A stretch of DNA of 62,298 bases, counting the filler, from Globobulimina sp. (lineage: Eukaryota): NCBI GenBank assembly GCA_003354225.1. It is 28 parts of 28 records of this genome, joined end to end, with 100 filler letters (N's around TTAATTAATTAA, not from the genome) between each part and the next. Parts side by side here need not be neighbours in the genome. Positions count along the whole stretch, not along the records: positions 60,172 to 62,298 come from PIVH01008789.1; 27 more parts are not named here. The stretch is one strand, 5' to 3'. Under the pieces are notes generated by a model. It had not been told where the DNA came from, did no database searches, and was given only the letters and a program-made list of their open reading frames with translations. This document shows positions 60,172 through 62,298 of the stretch, piece by piece. How positions within the stretch are numbered: the first letter of the stretch is position 1; each line of letters starts with the position of its first letter. A program made the translations under genes and the position numbers.

Positions 60172-61544
60172 TTTCAGAAAAAAATCTTTTGGATTCGCCA
60201 TGGTTTGTGGTCGAAGTCAAACAAATAACTGGTTTCCCGTTTGCTGACAACGCCGCACCACGCATAAAATCAATTTGTCCACCAACTCCTGAATATACAT
60301 TCAAACCAATTGTATCCGATACAACCTGTCCTGTAACATCTATCTCCAATGCACTGTTTATGGCCACAACATTCGGATTACTACCAATTACCGATATATC
60401 ATTCACAAAATTTGTTTCAAATAAGTTTACCGAGGGATTATCATTTATGAATGAAAAGACTTTCTCTGTTCCTATCACAAATGTTGCAACAGTCTTTCCC
60501 GGATGAACATGCTTCATCGCATTGGTTATTGCGCCGCATTCAAACAATGATAATATTGAATCACCAAACATTTCAGTATGAATGCCTGTATATCATAACA
60601 GCACATTTCAGACCAGGCATAACAACAAAATATAACTGCATCAAATCTGTTGTTTGTTGAACATGATCGGGAATGTACTGTTAATTCTTGCTATGCAAAC
60701 CTAAATTTCTATGATTTTTAAGATCTTGAAATATAAACTGCGGAATATCGCCAATCCCCGCTTGAATGGTTGAGCCATCTTCAATTAAATTGTCCGATAT
60801 AATCCTACCAATCTGTTGATAATCCTCCGTTATTTTTTTTGACCGAATGGGTGCGGAAAATTGAGCCAATGGCGCATTATGTTGGTACACATAGTCAAAC
60901 TGTGAAATATGAATCTGTCCTTCGCCATGACTTCTAGGCATATACTTATTTATTAATCCAATAACTTGATTACTTCCAGCCACTGCGGCACGACTTATAT
61001 CAACAGAGACTCCCAAGCTACAATAGCCAGATTTATCTGGTGGGGACACATGGATTAATGCGGCATCAATCACATAATCATCTTTCTCAAATAATAAAGG
61101 GATTTCACTTAAAAATATGGGGACATATTCTGCATATCCTTCATTCACAGCATTGCGCACATTGTCAGTCACAAATAGTGAACAATCAGTAAAGTGTTTC
61201 CTATATTTGCCAACTTGTGGGGCGGGACCAGTGGTTAATAAATGTATTAATTCAATATTATGTAAATTATTAGCTTGCGCAGATTCACACAACGCTTGGA
61301 TTAATATTTCTGGCGTTGCGCACATTCCATGGATGAAAACGCGTGAATTGGATCGAATACATTCTACTGCTTCATGTGGTGTCTCACATTCAATTGGTCT
61401 TTTACCTGGACGGGCTTTAAATGGTTCTTTCTTATGGTCAATGATATAGTTTCTGCTTTGTTGGGTTGAAAGTAATGATAGAAGTGGTGATGGTGATTTT
61501 GTGAATCTCCTGAAAAAGTTAGTTGTTGCTGACTTGAGCATCAT
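60172..61544 (-). CDS. Acetyl-CoA hydrolase/transferase family, acetate:succinate CoA-transferase-like, with mitochondrial presequence (intron 60586-60700, 3' partial)
   Basis: PIFLSEIP, VSPPD..GYCSLGVSVD, IQAGIG.IP, LG|IHTEM (catalytic Glu), AINSALEID.TGQV and SGVGGQIDF. Arg/Ser-rich N-terminus without acidic residues. Confidence 0.92.
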
Positions 61545-61588
61545 TTTGCGACAACTCAAATAAAACTTTCACTTTCTTTTTATAAAAG

Positions 61589-62298
61589 ATGAACAAAGAA
61601 ATCGAATCTACGCTGAAAGTTAATAACAAAGGATGGATGATTGAATTATTTGAGACCAATATATCAGATGTATTACTATGTGCACACTGTAAGTCTGTAA
61701 GTTGCAATGCAGTGGAATTAGGATGTGATCATGCAGATAATGACATATATTTATATTGTAATGGATGTTTAACAGAATTAATTGTACAAAATGATGGTAA
61801 ATGTCCGCTAAATTCTCATCCAGATCCAATCATTGCAGCAAGTCGAGTATCAAGAAGACAAATATCAAAAGCAATCGTTTATTGTCCATTCTCAAAAGCA
61901 TATAAACATAATGAAGAAAAGGAAGGAATTGATATGGCAGCAAAGGGTGAGGCGATGGAAGGATGTGAGTATAAAAGCAATTTGAGTGACTTAATAAATA
62001 ATCATTTACCGGGATGTATACAAACAGTAAATATTAATATATTGAAACATGAAAATAGATATTTGACTGAAATTATCAATGACAAACAACAACAAATCCA
62101 ACAACTTTCGTTCCAAGTCAAAGAGTTACAAAATAATTTGACATCTACCACAGAAACATTGACAGCTCAAATACTGCAACAAAGCGAACAAACGCAACAA
62201 AATAAAGAATTACAGGAAGAAAATAAAAATTTGAATGAAATTATTAATAAGAAAGAAGAGCAAATTGAACGACAATCATCAATAATAAATGAATTGCT
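61589..62298 (+). CDS. RING plus TRAF-type zinc finger plus coiled-coil protein (3' partial; absent from ORF track)
   Basis: MNKEIE..LLCAHC..NAVELGCDH..YCNGCL..KCP..H..VYCP..GCEYK..NHL, then heptads open to the window end. Confidence 0.85.
   Translation, partial: MNKEIESTLKVNNKGWMIELFETNISDVLLCAHCKSVSCNAVELGCDHADNDIYLYCNGCLTELIVQNDGKCPLNSHPDPIIAASRVSRRQISKAIVYCPFSKAYKHNEEKEGIDMAAKGEAMEGCEYKSNLSDLINNHLPGCIQTVNINILKHENRYLTEIINDKQQQIQQLSFQVKELQNNLTSTTETLTAQILQQSEQTQQNKELQEENKNLNEIINKKEEQIERQSSIINEL

Overview
This window is not one locus. It is 28 unrelated contigs of about 2.13 kb each, sorted by length and joined by artificial N-TTAATTAATTAA-N linkers, so neighbourhood across a linker has no meaning and ORFs containing X runs are truncated. 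The DNA is AT-rich, gene-dense and eukaryotic, with short GT-AG introns (mostly about 50-115 nt), the standard genetic code and a eukaryote-type tRNA-Sec. The gene repertoire (RING-TRAF coiled-coil, MATH/SAM, SPRY, PPR, 7TM and Cys-rich PT-repeat proteins) suggests a rhizarian, probably a foraminiferan; this is inference. Recognisable genes include tRNA-Sec, a papain-family protease, a 7TM-RGS protein, a THNSL2-like enzyme, a Rad5/16-type SNF2 ATPase, RBX1, GMP synthase, an M20 deacetylase, SNF1/AMPK, an SDR, RecQ, a PLS-type PPR protein, an NBR1-like protein and a mitochondrial acetate:succinate CoA-transferase. Highlights: (1) a 2,009-bp contig that closes on itself and holds exactly one intron-containing gene; (2) four unrelated enzymes ending in the peroxisomal signal SKL; (3) a dual-specificity phosphatase fold whose CX5R loop is split by about 130 residues; (4) a recurrent F-box/SOCS-box-like motif; (5) a palindromic MITE-like family and tRNA-derived repeats shared between contigs; (6) a bacterial-type CBS domain joined to the AMPK kinase at a shared DDDGNL motif. 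No CRISPR array or rRNA gene was seen. All family assignments come from motif recognition by eye; no database search was run.
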